Below, one piece after another: positions 19,001-26,133 of a stretch of 64,000 nt of DNA. Numbering within the stretch: position 1 is the stretch's first letter; each line of letters opens with the position of its first letter. The notes under the pieces were generated by a model that made no database searches, had not been told where the DNA came from, and saw only the letters and a list, made by a program, of their open reading frames with translations. The position numbers were made by a program, and so were the translations under genes. The stretch is taken from the NCBI GenBank assembly GCA_045630385.1, contig JAZQTA010000009.1:3465-67464 (forward strand), in the 5' to 3' direction. Source of the stretch: Eubacteriales bacterium. Its GTDB lineage: Bacteria > Bacillota > Clostridia > Oscillospirales > CAG-272.

Positions 19001-21207
19001 CTCTTTTCGTATCCCTCTTCGGAACCCCAAGAGTTCGAATTATTCTCCACCGTATTGTAATAAGAGGAGGAATCACTGGTATTTACCGTGCCGACATAAG
19101 TTGACACATGACCATCTGCGTGTTCAGCCTCATGCGTCTTTCTACCGGAAGCCGCCTCAGCCCCCACGGTCGTCGTATTTTTAACACCGGCACTTACTTT
19201 TGCGACCTTTACCGGAAGAGAGATACCCGCCTCTACTTCAGTTGTATTTTGCACACTTACCTTTGCATCTGCATAAGTGTCTTTGGTCTTATCATAGGAT
19301 TGATTGATACCAACAGACTGATCTCTTGTAACCTTAGAGGACGAAGAATGAGATCCACCCGATTCGTTACTAACGTACGTTGAACCACTGCTACTGTTGC
19401 TGACGAAATAATTACCACCAACCGTGTTACCTTCGGAGTCGGTTCTTTCCTCACTCTTTATCTGCAAATCTTGGTTTTCTTCTTCTTCAAAATAAATTTG
19501 ATTCCAATCCTCAGACAACGTCCAACCGGAGCTTCGCGTGGTCGCATTAGAAATAGAATTTGCAATGGTTTCAGCCTGTTCGCTGGTAATCGTTTCCGTG
19601 TATTCAAAATTAACCGTCATATCAAGCTTTTGATAATTGCCAATATAACCTATTTGATAGAGCGGCACATTATCAATTCGCCCGATATTATAAACAAACA
19701 AGAATTGTCCGGTTTTGTCATCCTCTATGATAACCGGAGCACCATAATCACTATAGCTCGTCGCTCTGTTTCTATTAGACGTCCAGTTTGCGTGAAGAGT
19801 TATATTACCGATAGTTCCTTCTTTTATTCTGGAAACAATGAAACCATCATTATTTGACCAACCAACGAAGGTATAACCGTACCACGAAGGGCTTATCAGT
19901 GTCGCACCCGTGTCTATCGTATATTTAATGCTTTCCACAGGAACATCAGGCGAATCGAAGGTTATCGTATATTCTACCTTTTCCCATTGCGCATAAAGCT
20001 TCTTATTTCCGGTGGTGCCGGGCGCAATCTCGGATACCTGCGTTCCATCACTGGTTTTCCATCCTCTGAATATATATCCGGGAGACTCCAAATCTTCAAG
20101 TTGCGCGCCAATCTCGGATACATAAGATGTGGGGTTGTTATTTACCACACCGACAGATGCTAAATATGTATCGCTTACGAACAAATCGTACGAAATGCTG
20201 TAATTTGTTCCCGAAATCATGGGGATCACATCTTGCTTTACAAGCACCTCTTGGCAAATGTCGCAGTGCGATCCTTGAGTAAGACCTGTACTCGTTTGCG
20301 TTGCAGGAATTGCTTCATCAATCACCGCATTGTGTCCGCTTGAGAGAATCGTAGTTTCATTTCTCTCTATTTGATTATTGCAAGCCTCATCGCTATAAAT
20401 TCTTCCGCAGGCTTCGCAATACCAAAACTCGATTTGACCGTCTTCTGTACAAGTAACATCCTTCGCGGCGCTGTGAATCAGCACATGCTTACAAACATTT
20501 CCGCGGTAAAGCTCGATATCACCCCATCCGGCAACATATCTAAAGAGAGCAACGGCATCCTTGGTTGTAACTTTATTATCGCCGTTTACGTCCAGTGCCA
20601 CAGAATCCACTTCAACGTTCCAACCCGCCACGTAGCGGAACAAAAGAATGGCATCCTTCGTATTCACCTTGGAATCCCCATCGATATCGCCGGGCAAACC
20701 ATGATAGATTCTGATATTGCCATTCACAACCGTCAAGCCGACAGGTCTCTCATTTTCATCGTATATATCATTTTGATCGAAGTGAACATTTATATCAGCA
20801 ACATAGTTATCCGGAGCGTTCTTTGCTACAACAAAAGTCAGTACGGCAAACTGTCCCTCAGCATGCATCTCCTCCAAAGGGCTGATCATCGTAATGGAAA
20901 GCGGATTATTATAAAGCTCCGCCGCAGCAACGTATGAACCAAATGCGGGATTAAATTCAACCGCTTGCAACGTCAACACATTGGAATCATACGCAACATC
21001 GAATTTAAGCGATGTCAGGCCGGGGTTGTTTTTGAGATCAAGAACAATCTTTACTTCATCCCCGGGAACTGCAGTTTTAGAAGCTACAGACAGCGTCATA
21101 CTCTTGTCGGATGGTAATTCCGATGCAAAAATGGTCAAAGGTAACGCGCACAGAAGCATTACCATAGAAAGAACGAACGCGATAATGCGTGAAAAATCTT
21201 TTTTCAT
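16072..21207 (-). CDS. giant secreted cohesin + dockerin + LRR + Listeria-Bacteroides-repeat surface protein
   Basis: 1711 aa. Signal peptide aa 1-29. Cohesin-like module aa ~36-168 (NNPGLTSLKFDVAYDSNVLTL). Two dockerin F-hand repeats aa ~172-228 (GDIDGDSKVNTKDAILLFRYVAGW / LDVNGDNKVTTKDAVALFRYVAGW). Cys module aa ~239-320. Flg_new-type repeats aa ~335-476 and ~1199-1482 (GY.F.GW...LYA.W). BspA-type LRR aa ~905-1015. Unassigned modules at aa ~484-880, ~1020-1195 and ~1483-1711. No LPXTG, SLH or C-terminal TM. Confidence 0.9.
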   Translation of the reverse strand: MKKDFSRIIAFVLSMVMLLCALPLTIFASELPSDKSMTLSVASKTAVPGDEVKIVLDLKNNPGLTSLKFDVAYDSNVLTLQAVEFNPAFGSYVAAAELYNNPLSITMISPLEEMHAEGQFAVLTFVVAKNAPDNYVADINVHFDQNDIYDENERPVGLTVVNGNIRIYHGLPGDIDGDSKVNTKDAILLFRYVAGWNVEVDSVALDVNGDNKVTTKDAVALFRYVAGWGDIELYRGNVCKHVLIHSAAKDVTCTEDGQIEFWYCEACGRIYSDEACNNQIERNETTILSSGHNAVIDEAIPATQTSTGLTQGSHCDICQEVLVKQDVIPMISGTNYSISYDLFVSDTYLASVGVVNNNPTSYVSEIGAQLEDLESPGYIFRGWKTSDGTQVSEIAPGTTGNKKLYAQWEKVEYTITFDSPDVPVESIKYTIDTGATLISPSWYGYTFVGWSNNDGFIVSRIKEGTIGNITLHANWTSNRNRATSYSDYGAPVIIEDDKTGQFLFVYNIGRIDNVPLYQIGYIGNYQKLDMTVNFEYTETITSEQAETIANSISNATTRSSGWTLSEDWNQIYFEEEENQDLQIKSEERTDSEGNTVGGNYFVSNSSSGSTYVSNESGGSHSSSSKVTRDQSVGINQSYDKTKDTYADAKVSVQNTTEVEAGISLPVKVAKVSAGVKNTTTVGAEAASGRKTHEAEHADGHVSTYVGTVNTSDSSSYYNTVENNSNSWGSEEGYEKSQEVSVNSQIANAISSEILKKTSYNLTEALGGQNSKTASVNEEELERNEYQSSVKYSAGSSEKKSWSKKYTADAEGYYRLVMAGTVHVYGVVGYDVATGSYYTYSFSVLDDERHEYLDYSKDNANFNDCENGVVSFEIPYEVNEYIVGVTGRTEGLEVNLDGTITGFDAPEGFDGVVSIPQYYSVNNGDNTYSAYQTKAISANAFRGNTEIKTVILPLYITEIPANAFEGCTNLESVVAYGVTHIGDNAFKGCTSLKAFSIDNIVESIGTTAFAGCAEISAMAKNEEVAKAILNSGAKRITLDLTKMTDSFDGEKIVISDSTEYFALFGGGKTFTNLSIKSDAAETFISNMKLVGNVDTPLEFASATVKLARVTVENAPGFAIIMKAANTQVKLYGEIILSSKSENTVISKNVTFGKLDAGVAGYLKVTGKYYLCGSAVNDGMLTASKGVQQIDEATFNNMLTSSTVTFNANGGSVSETSKTVYYNQAFGALPTPTRANYNFAGWYTAASGGTQITAETFVTALANQTLYAHWTPKTFTVTYDANGGSVSPSSKTLTFGDALGTLPTPTRANYNFAGWRLSDGTAVNASSKPGTAANFTIYANWTPKTFTLTYDAKGGSVSPGSKTLTFGDSLGTLPTPTKANYDFAGWKLSNGTAVSASTVPSSATNLTVYASWTPKKFTLTYNANGGTVSPGTKTLTFGDTLGTLPTPKRDYHNFLGWYDANGNAVSASTKPGSAANLTITARWEQKAAVWVKASEIPSGAQVVDRKWTYTKTETTESTNASMSGWTKINETWRETGSGSINYASFPTGYDTANKYYKEFAKAPYEGYDNGSTKRVVTNSRDGWIYWHWMYNVAYAQGTNRAISNVKGTFNGRAYIYFYAIKSTVNCPAVDKDYCYDKGIMGYNCHSILPKSTSTKDGMGTSRFFRFECNLSSYVDYEKVYTYQKVTNNLESKTAMSNGGDISNVQEWVYCRSK
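16762..17613 (-). repeat. four tandem diverged coding repeats of ~71-72 codons (Flg_new / Listeria-Bacteroides repeat type)
   Basis: Protein aa ~1199-1482: TF(T/N)..Y(D/N)ANGGSVSP.SKTLTFGD.LGTLPTPT.ANY.FAGW......AV.AS......N.T.YA.WTPK repeated. DNA copies are clearly related but diverged. Confidence 0.85.
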
Positions 21208-21245
21208 CTTTTTTCTCCTTTTATTTCAAAAATAAAATCATGAGA

Positions 21246-22565
21246 TTATTCAACGACAAAAACAAAACCGTTGATTACTTCAAACGCAATGGGCTCGAAA
21301 TCCTCGTCATATACCTCATCAATATACATGCCCAGTCGGATTTCCAATACGTCTCCAACCTCGAGCGTTTGCGGAATTTCAAAGTGCAACGTAGCAAACG
21401 TACCGTTTTCACTAACCTCAACAAGCGGGCTGATACATGTCAGCGGTTGCGGATTATTATACGGTGTCGGCGCAGTCACATACACGCCAAATGAAGAATC
21501 AAATACTACGTTCTGCAAGGTCAGACTTTCATCATATAAAACATCGAATTTTAAAGATGCAATACCCGGATTGTTGAAGAGCGAAATCACGACTTCAACG
21601 TCACCATCCCCAACCTTTGCAAATGCATCCTCTACCACAATCGCGGGACCGGCAATATCTCTTTCATATTGCGCAAATATTTCAACATCCTCTGTAATCC
21701 TATCATACGCCTTATCCCAACCAACAAATCGGAAGCCTTGTCTCGTCGGATTCGAAGGAGGGGTAGCGCTCTGCCCTGATTCAACCGTTTCGGTTTTTAT
21801 CACCGTACCGTCAAAATCTTTAAAAAGCACCACATACGTGCTTGGCGAGGCGTTGGCGCGATAAACCGCGGTCACCGTCTGATTCGCTACAATATTAATA
21901 TACGATCCATCCCAACCAACGAATTCATATCCCGCTCTGCTCGGTGCTTGAGGGGGCGTTGCATCGCCGCCTTGATCAACCAGCTGTGTTTTCAAAACCG
22001 TTCCATCGTAATCCTTGAAGGTGACGGTATACTGTACCACTTCGACAGAATTCGCTTCAAACTGCGCTTGATACGTGACGTCAGAGAGCACGGGGGCAAT
22101 TTGCGGCGTCCAACCGATAAAGGTGTATCCTGCTTTTACAGGAGTGACACCGTTGTATGTAGGTGTTGTTCCCTTGGGCACCTTCAAATCGGTTTCGAGC
22201 ACGGTATCTCCGTTTTTCCAAATAACCGTATATTCTTCGGGTGCTATATACGTAACGGCGTTGCTCCAATCACTGTTCGTGTAATTCACTCCGTCACCGA
22301 TGGCGCGAATCTTAAAAGTTTGGCCGTTCGTCAGTTTCCTGCTCGTCGTGGTGTTTTCCACGGAGAGAATCTCGCCATCAATGCTAATTTCAAATTTGTT
22401 CGCGACCGTATTCGCGCCCCACGATGCTGTGTCTCCCGAAAGAGTCACCCATGGAGCAGAAAGCTTCGTCGGTACTGTATTTCCGCCGCCACCGCATGCA
22501 ACAAGGCTCAAAATACAGGCAAAAAGAAGCCCGAATGCGAATATACGCAATACTTTCTGTTTCAT
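21246..22565 (-). CDS. lipoprotein with Listeria-Bacteroides repeats and a C-terminal cohesin-like module
   Basis: 439 aa. Lipobox ...ILSLVAC(24)GGGG. Three or four Flg_new-type repeats (GYTFIGW, GYEFVGW, GFRFVGW). C-terminal aa ~307-439 are paralogous to the N-terminal module of the giant protein (NNPGIASLKFDVLYDESLTLQNVVF..FG.YV.A...YNNP). RBS AGGAGGAAC. Confidence 0.88.
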   Translation of the reverse strand: MKQKVLRIFAFGLLFACILSLVACGGGGNTVPTKLSAPWVTLSGDTASWGANTVANKFEISIDGEILSVENTTTSRKLTNGQTFKIRAIGDGVNYTNSDWSNAVTYIAPEEYTVIWKNGDTVLETDLKVPKGTTPTYNGVTPVKAGYTFIGWTPQIAPVLSDVTYQAQFEANSVEVVQYTVTFKDYDGTVLKTQLVDQGGDATPPQAPSRAGYEFVGWDGSYINIVANQTVTAVYRANASPSTYVVLFKDFDGTVIKTETVESGQSATPPSNPTRQGFRFVGWDKAYDRITEDVEIFAQYERDIAGPAIVVEDAFAKVGDGDVEVVISLFNNPGIASLKFDVLYDESLTLQNVVFDSSFGVYVTAPTPYNNPQPLTCISPLVEVSENGTFATLHFEIPQTLEVGDVLEIRLGMYIDEVYDEDFEPIAFEVINGFVFVVE

Positions 22566-22595
22566 CCTTTGTTCCTCCTGAAAATGTTTACTATA

Positions 22596-22622
22596 TACGC
22601 CTATTACTATAATAGATGTACA
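22596..22622. repeat. inverted repeat, left arm (27 bp)
   Basis: TACGCCTATTACTATAATAGATGTACA. It is the exact reverse complement of 22754-22780. Confidence 0.95.
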
Positions 22623-22634
22623 AACGATGAACTT

Positions 22635-22662
22635 ATTATAGCACTCCTTTTAAAAAATACAA
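22635..22662 (-). promoter_or_regulatory. sigma-A type promoter of the surface operon, inside the IR-bracketed segment
   Basis: Minus strand reads TTGTAT (22662-22657), 16 nt, then TGcTATAAT (-10 = 22640-22635). It points toward ATG 22565. Confidence 0.6.
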
Positions 22663-22753
22663 GCGCTTTTTTTAGAAAAATACATTTTTTCTTTTTATTT
22701 TTGTGAAATAAGACAAACTTTCTGTTAATAATTTATTAGTGTTGTACAAGAGA

Positions 22754-22780
22754 TGTACATCTATTATAGTAATAGGCGTA
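22754..22780. repeat. inverted repeat, right arm (27 bp)
   Basis: TGTACATCTATTATAGTAATAGGCGTA. Perfect complement of the left arm, with a 131-bp spacer. Confidence 0.95.
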
Positions 22781-22914
22781 CACAATTCTTTTTTCATCCG
22801 TTTGGGTGCACCACGCTCCAACGCAAAAACGAATAATTAAAAAAGTCGTTCACGTTCTAAAATGCAGAGCAAACGGCTTTTCTTTTTTAATATGCACCAA
22901 ATTTTATTTTAGAA

Positions 22915-22966
22915 GCAAAAAAAATGCCGTTGTTCTCCTTTTTTAGCAGAGAACAACGGTATTTTT
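22915..22966. terminator. bidirectional terminator downstream of nahK
   Basis: CCGTTGTTCTC (22927-22937) / GAGAACAACGG (22949-22959), flanked by an A-run (22914-22924) and ATTTTT (22961-22966). Confidence 0.75.
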
Positions 22967-23048
22967 GTAAATATATATTTGCTTTTTTGGTTTTTACCCT
23001 ATAAAAAGTTCATCTTCCAAAAAAACGCAAAAACAAATCTTATAAATA

Positions 23049-24146
23049 TTATTTTGCGTATTTTTCGACAATCTTATGCATTTCGGGAAGTGCCTTTTCC
23101 ATATCGGATACGAGCTTGAACTGATTTCTTGCGCGGTCAAGATTGTGTCCTTCACGGCTGGTGCGGAAGTAGGTATCGCCCTGCAGATAGTCCGCAAGGA
23201 AGCGCTCGCCGCACTCCAGCGTCATCATGATCGCCGCCTCGGGCAGATAGGAGATCTCCGCATCGGTAAGACCGCCGGCCGCGCCCTCCAAAAATCCCTT
23301 TACGTAAATTTCGAAGAGGCCGATATCAAAGTTAACCTTCGAAAGATCCGTTTCATCCTCAAGCGCGGTGGTGGCGCCGAAGCGGATGGAATCACCGAAA
23401 TCGTTGATCGCATAGCCGGGCATGATGGTGTCCAGGTCGATGATGCAGATGGGGTTACCCGTGCGCTTATCGAAGAGAATGTTGTTAAGCTTGGTGTCGT
23501 TATGCGTTACGCGGAGCGGAAGCTTGCCTGCGGCGTATGCATCCTCGAAAAGATGCATGAAGCCCTCGCGCGCCTCTACGAAAGCGATCTCCTCCTTAAC
23601 GGATGCCGCTCTTCCCTTCACGTCGGCGGCAAGCGCTTCCTTGAACTGACGGAAGCGATCGGGCGTATTGTGGAAATTCACGATGGTCTCCACGAGAAGA
23701 TGCGCGGGGAAATCGCGAAGAAGCGCCTGGAAGTTACCAAACGCAACCCCGCTCTGATAGAACTGCTCAGGGTTCTCCACCTTATCGAAGCTTGCGCTGT
23801 CTACGATAAAGAGCGTTGCGCGCCAAAATTCGCCGTTCTCATCCTCGTAGAAATTCTTTCCGTCCACCGTCTTAACGAGGGTGAGCGTTTCGCGCAGAGC
23901 ATCGCCGCCGCGCGCAAGAATGTTCTTGCGAAGATGCTCGGTGACGAGCGCATAGTTGCCCATCAGACCTGCGGGATCCTTAAACACACGCTTATTGATC
24001 TTCTGAAGAATGTAGTGACGCTCCTTTTCGCCATCCTTGCAGATAACGAGGTGCGTTTCATTGATGTGGCCGTTGCCGTAAAGCCCGGTGCTCACGACCT
24101 CACCCTCGAAGGTGAAGGCTTTTGTAATATGGGGAAGCTGATTCAT
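23049..24146 (-). CDS. nahK: N-acetylhexosamine 1-kinase (NahK/LnpB-like, APH-fold phosphotransferase)
   Basis: 365 aa. Close motif-by-motif resemblance to Bifidobacterium NahK as I remember it: YG.GHIN.T, YILQ.IN..VF, NFH.TPDRF..F..ALAAD, LRVTHNDTKLNNIL, IIDLDTIMPG, DFGDSIRFGATTALEDE.DLSKV.F, TLECG.RFLADYLQGD.YF. Confidence 0.85.
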   Translation of the reverse strand: MNQLPHITKAFTFEGEVVSTGLYGNGHINETHLVICKDGEKERHYILQKINKRVFKDPAGLMGNYALVTEHLRKNILARGGDALRETLTLVKTVDGKNFYEDENGEFWRATLFIVDSASFDKVENPEQFYQSGVAFGNFQALLRDFPAHLLVETIVNFHNTPDRFRQFKEALAADVKGRAASVKEEIAFVEAREGFMHLFEDAYAAGKLPLRVTHNDTKLNNILFDKRTGNPICIIDLDTIMPGYAINDFGDSIRFGATTALEDETDLSKVNFDIGLFEIYVKGFLEGAAGGLTDAEISYLPEAAIMMTLECGERFLADYLQGDTYFRTSREGHNLDRARNQFKLVSDMEKALPEMHKIVEKYAK

Positions 24147-24209
24147 GATTGCTTTCCTTTCTGTATTTATATTTTATCTTTATTATCTTATTACGAGAGA
24201 GCGCGAGCG

Positions 24210-25151
24210 TCAACGCCCGTCGAGAAGAGCCGCACCGAGAATGCCCGCATCGTTTCCGAAGGTCGCGAGGGCAATGCGCGCGCATTTCACGCTACCGGGA
24301 TTCAAGGCTTCCACTTGCTTTTGCAAAGGAAGCAGAAGCGCCTCTCCCTGCGCAGAGAGGCCGCCACCGATCGCGATGATCTCGGGCTGGAGAATATTAA
24401 CGATATTGATAATACCGATCGCAAGATATCGGATAAAGCTATCCACGACCGCCTGTGCGGCAAAATCGCCGCGCTTTGCCGCATCAAACGCGGTTTTTCC
24501 GGTCACACCGTCAAGGCCGTCTGAGAGCCGCCACATAATACTGTCGGGACAGCGCTCCATCGCGCGCCGACTCTCACGTATAATAGCGGTGGCAGAGCAA
24601 TAGGCCTCAAGGCAACCGCGATTGCCGCAGGTGCACGCTCGGCCTTCGGCCTCCACGATCACATGCCCCGGCTCAGAGGCGCATCCGTTGAAGCCCTCCC
24701 AAATTTTCCCGTCAAGGGCGATACCGCCGCCAACGCCCGTACCGAGCGTGAGCAGCACAAGAGAGGATGCGCCGCACCCGACACCCCAGACCGCTTCCGC
24801 AAGGGCGGCGGCATTGGCATCGTTGGCCACGAAGCAAGGAAGTGAAATCGCCTGCTCAATGCATGCGCCAAGCGGCTCGTTATGCCAGCCGAGATTGGAT
24901 GCATCGATCACGCATCCGTTCTTCACGCATCCCGGAGCACCAACGCCGACGTGCGAAGCATCGGCAAGCGCGATGCCGTGCTTTTTGCATACCGAACGGC
25001 AAAGTGCCGCAATATCCGCCGCAATTTCGGCAGAGGAACGCGGCGCACGCGTTTTTATACTATCCTTGCATACAATCCGCCGCGTTTCGCAGTCCACAAG
25101 TCCGACGGCGATATTCGTGCCGCCGAGATCTACGCCAATTGCGTATTTCAT
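24210..25151 (-). CDS. ROK-family sugar kinase (glucokinase-like)
   Basis: N-terminal IGVDLGGTNIAVGLV ATP-binding motif and the ROK zinc motif C.CGN.GCLE.Y.S. 313 aa. Confidence 0.9.
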   Translation of the reverse strand: MKYAIGVDLGGTNIAVGLVDCETRRIVCKDSIKTRAPRSSAEIAADIAALCRSVCKKHGIALADASHVGVGAPGCVKNGCVIDASNLGWHNEPLGACIEQAISLPCFVANDANAAALAEAVWGVGCGASSLVLLTLGTGVGGGIALDGKIWEGFNGCASEPGHVIVEAEGRACTCGNRGCLEAYCSATAIIRESRRAMERCPDSIMWRLSDGLDGVTGKTAFDAAKRGDFAAQAVVDSFIRYLAIGIINIVNILQPEIIAIGGGLSAQGEALLLPLQKQVEALNPGSVKCARIALATFGNDAGILGAALLDGR

Positions 25152-25305
25152 AAGAGTATCCTTTCAGGCAAGGCTGCTAAACCGTATTTGACAGTTTTAC
25201 GATACCATTATATCAAATCGCCTTGACTTTTTCAATAGAAAATAGTATAATTATTTTGTAATATCGATTTTTTATCAATCTTTTTTACAAAAAAAGGAGA
25301 ATACC

Positions 25306-26133
25306 ATGACGCAGGCTGAAATCACGTCCGTCCTCTGCGACCTTTATAAGATCACGGGGTTCCGCATGTCCTTGCACAATGCGGATTTTGAAGAAATCGC
25401 CGCATATCCCGCAGAGCCGACGGCCTTTTGCGCCTACGTACATTCTCTTCCGGGCGAATTTCAAAAATGCCGCGAATGCGACCGTAACGGCTCGCGAGAA
25501 GCGCTTCTGCTTGGGCGCGCGCACTCTTATCATTGCCGCTTCGGGCTGACCGAGGTTGCAAGTCCGCTTTACAGCTTCGGTATCCTCACGGGATTCCTTA
25601 TGATGGGACAGGTGACCGTCGGCGAACCGACGGAATGCGAATCCGTGCGAAAGATCCTTCCCGAAAAGGAGTTTCGCGAAAATCTCCTTTCCTCCGTGCC
25701 CTCCGTGCCGCAGGACCTGCTTGCCTCTTACGTGAAAATTCTCACCATCTGTGCGGAATATCTGACGCTTTCCAACGCGCTCGATATCACACATCAGGAT
25801 CTCGGCGCAATGGCGAAAAACTTTATCGCGCAAAACTTCCACAAAAAGATCACGCTCGGTGATATCTGCAAGCACCTTGCCTGCTCAAAATCCACACTCG
25901 TGAACAACTTCCGCAAAACCCACGGCACCACCGTGACCGCTTATCTCACCGAGGTGCGCTTAAAAGAGGCGGAAAAGATGCTGATCGGGAACGAGAGAAC
26001 GCTCTCGGAGGTCGCGGCCATGTGCGGCTTCTCGGACCAATCCTATTTCAGCAAGGTATTTTCCGCAAAAATGGGCTGTACCCCCGGCGATTACAGAAGG
26101 AGGATACAGGATGAAAATTCTTCACACGGCTGA
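25306..26133 (+). CDS. PocR-domain AraC-family transcriptional regulator
   Basis: N-terminal PocR-like sensor (FC....S......C..CD........HSYHC.FGL.E...P) and a C-terminal AraC HTH (GFSDQSYFSKVFSAKMGCTPGDYR). RBS AAGGAGAA. Confidence 0.85.
   Translation: MTQAEITSVLCDLYKITGFRMSLHNADFEEIAAYPAEPTAFCAYVHSLPGEFQKCRECDRNGSREALLLGRAHSYHCRFGLTEVASPLYSFGILTGFLMMGQVTVGEPTECESVRKILPEKEFRENLLSSVPSVPQDLLASYVKILTICAEYLTLSNALDITHQDLGAMAKNFIAQNFHKKITLGDICKHLACSKSTLVNNFRKTHGTTVTAYLTEVRLKEAEKMLIGNERTLSEVAAMCGFSDQSYFSKVFSAKMGCTPGDYRRRIQDENSSHG

Noticed and set aside
22669-22797. 43-codon minus-strand ORF (MKKELCTPITIIDVHLLYNTNKLL...) starting at 22797 and running through the right inverted repeat into the invertible segment
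   Set aside because: No Shine-Dalgarno sequence, an AT-rich low-information sequence, and it would be destroyed or changed by inversion. Most likely fortuitous.
15954-23048. Calling the AT-richer surface island a mobile genetic element
   Set aside because: No integrase, transposase, tRNA insertion site, flanking direct repeats or conjugation genes are visible. Only composition and context are suggestive, so it is reported as a finding and not as a mobile_element feature.
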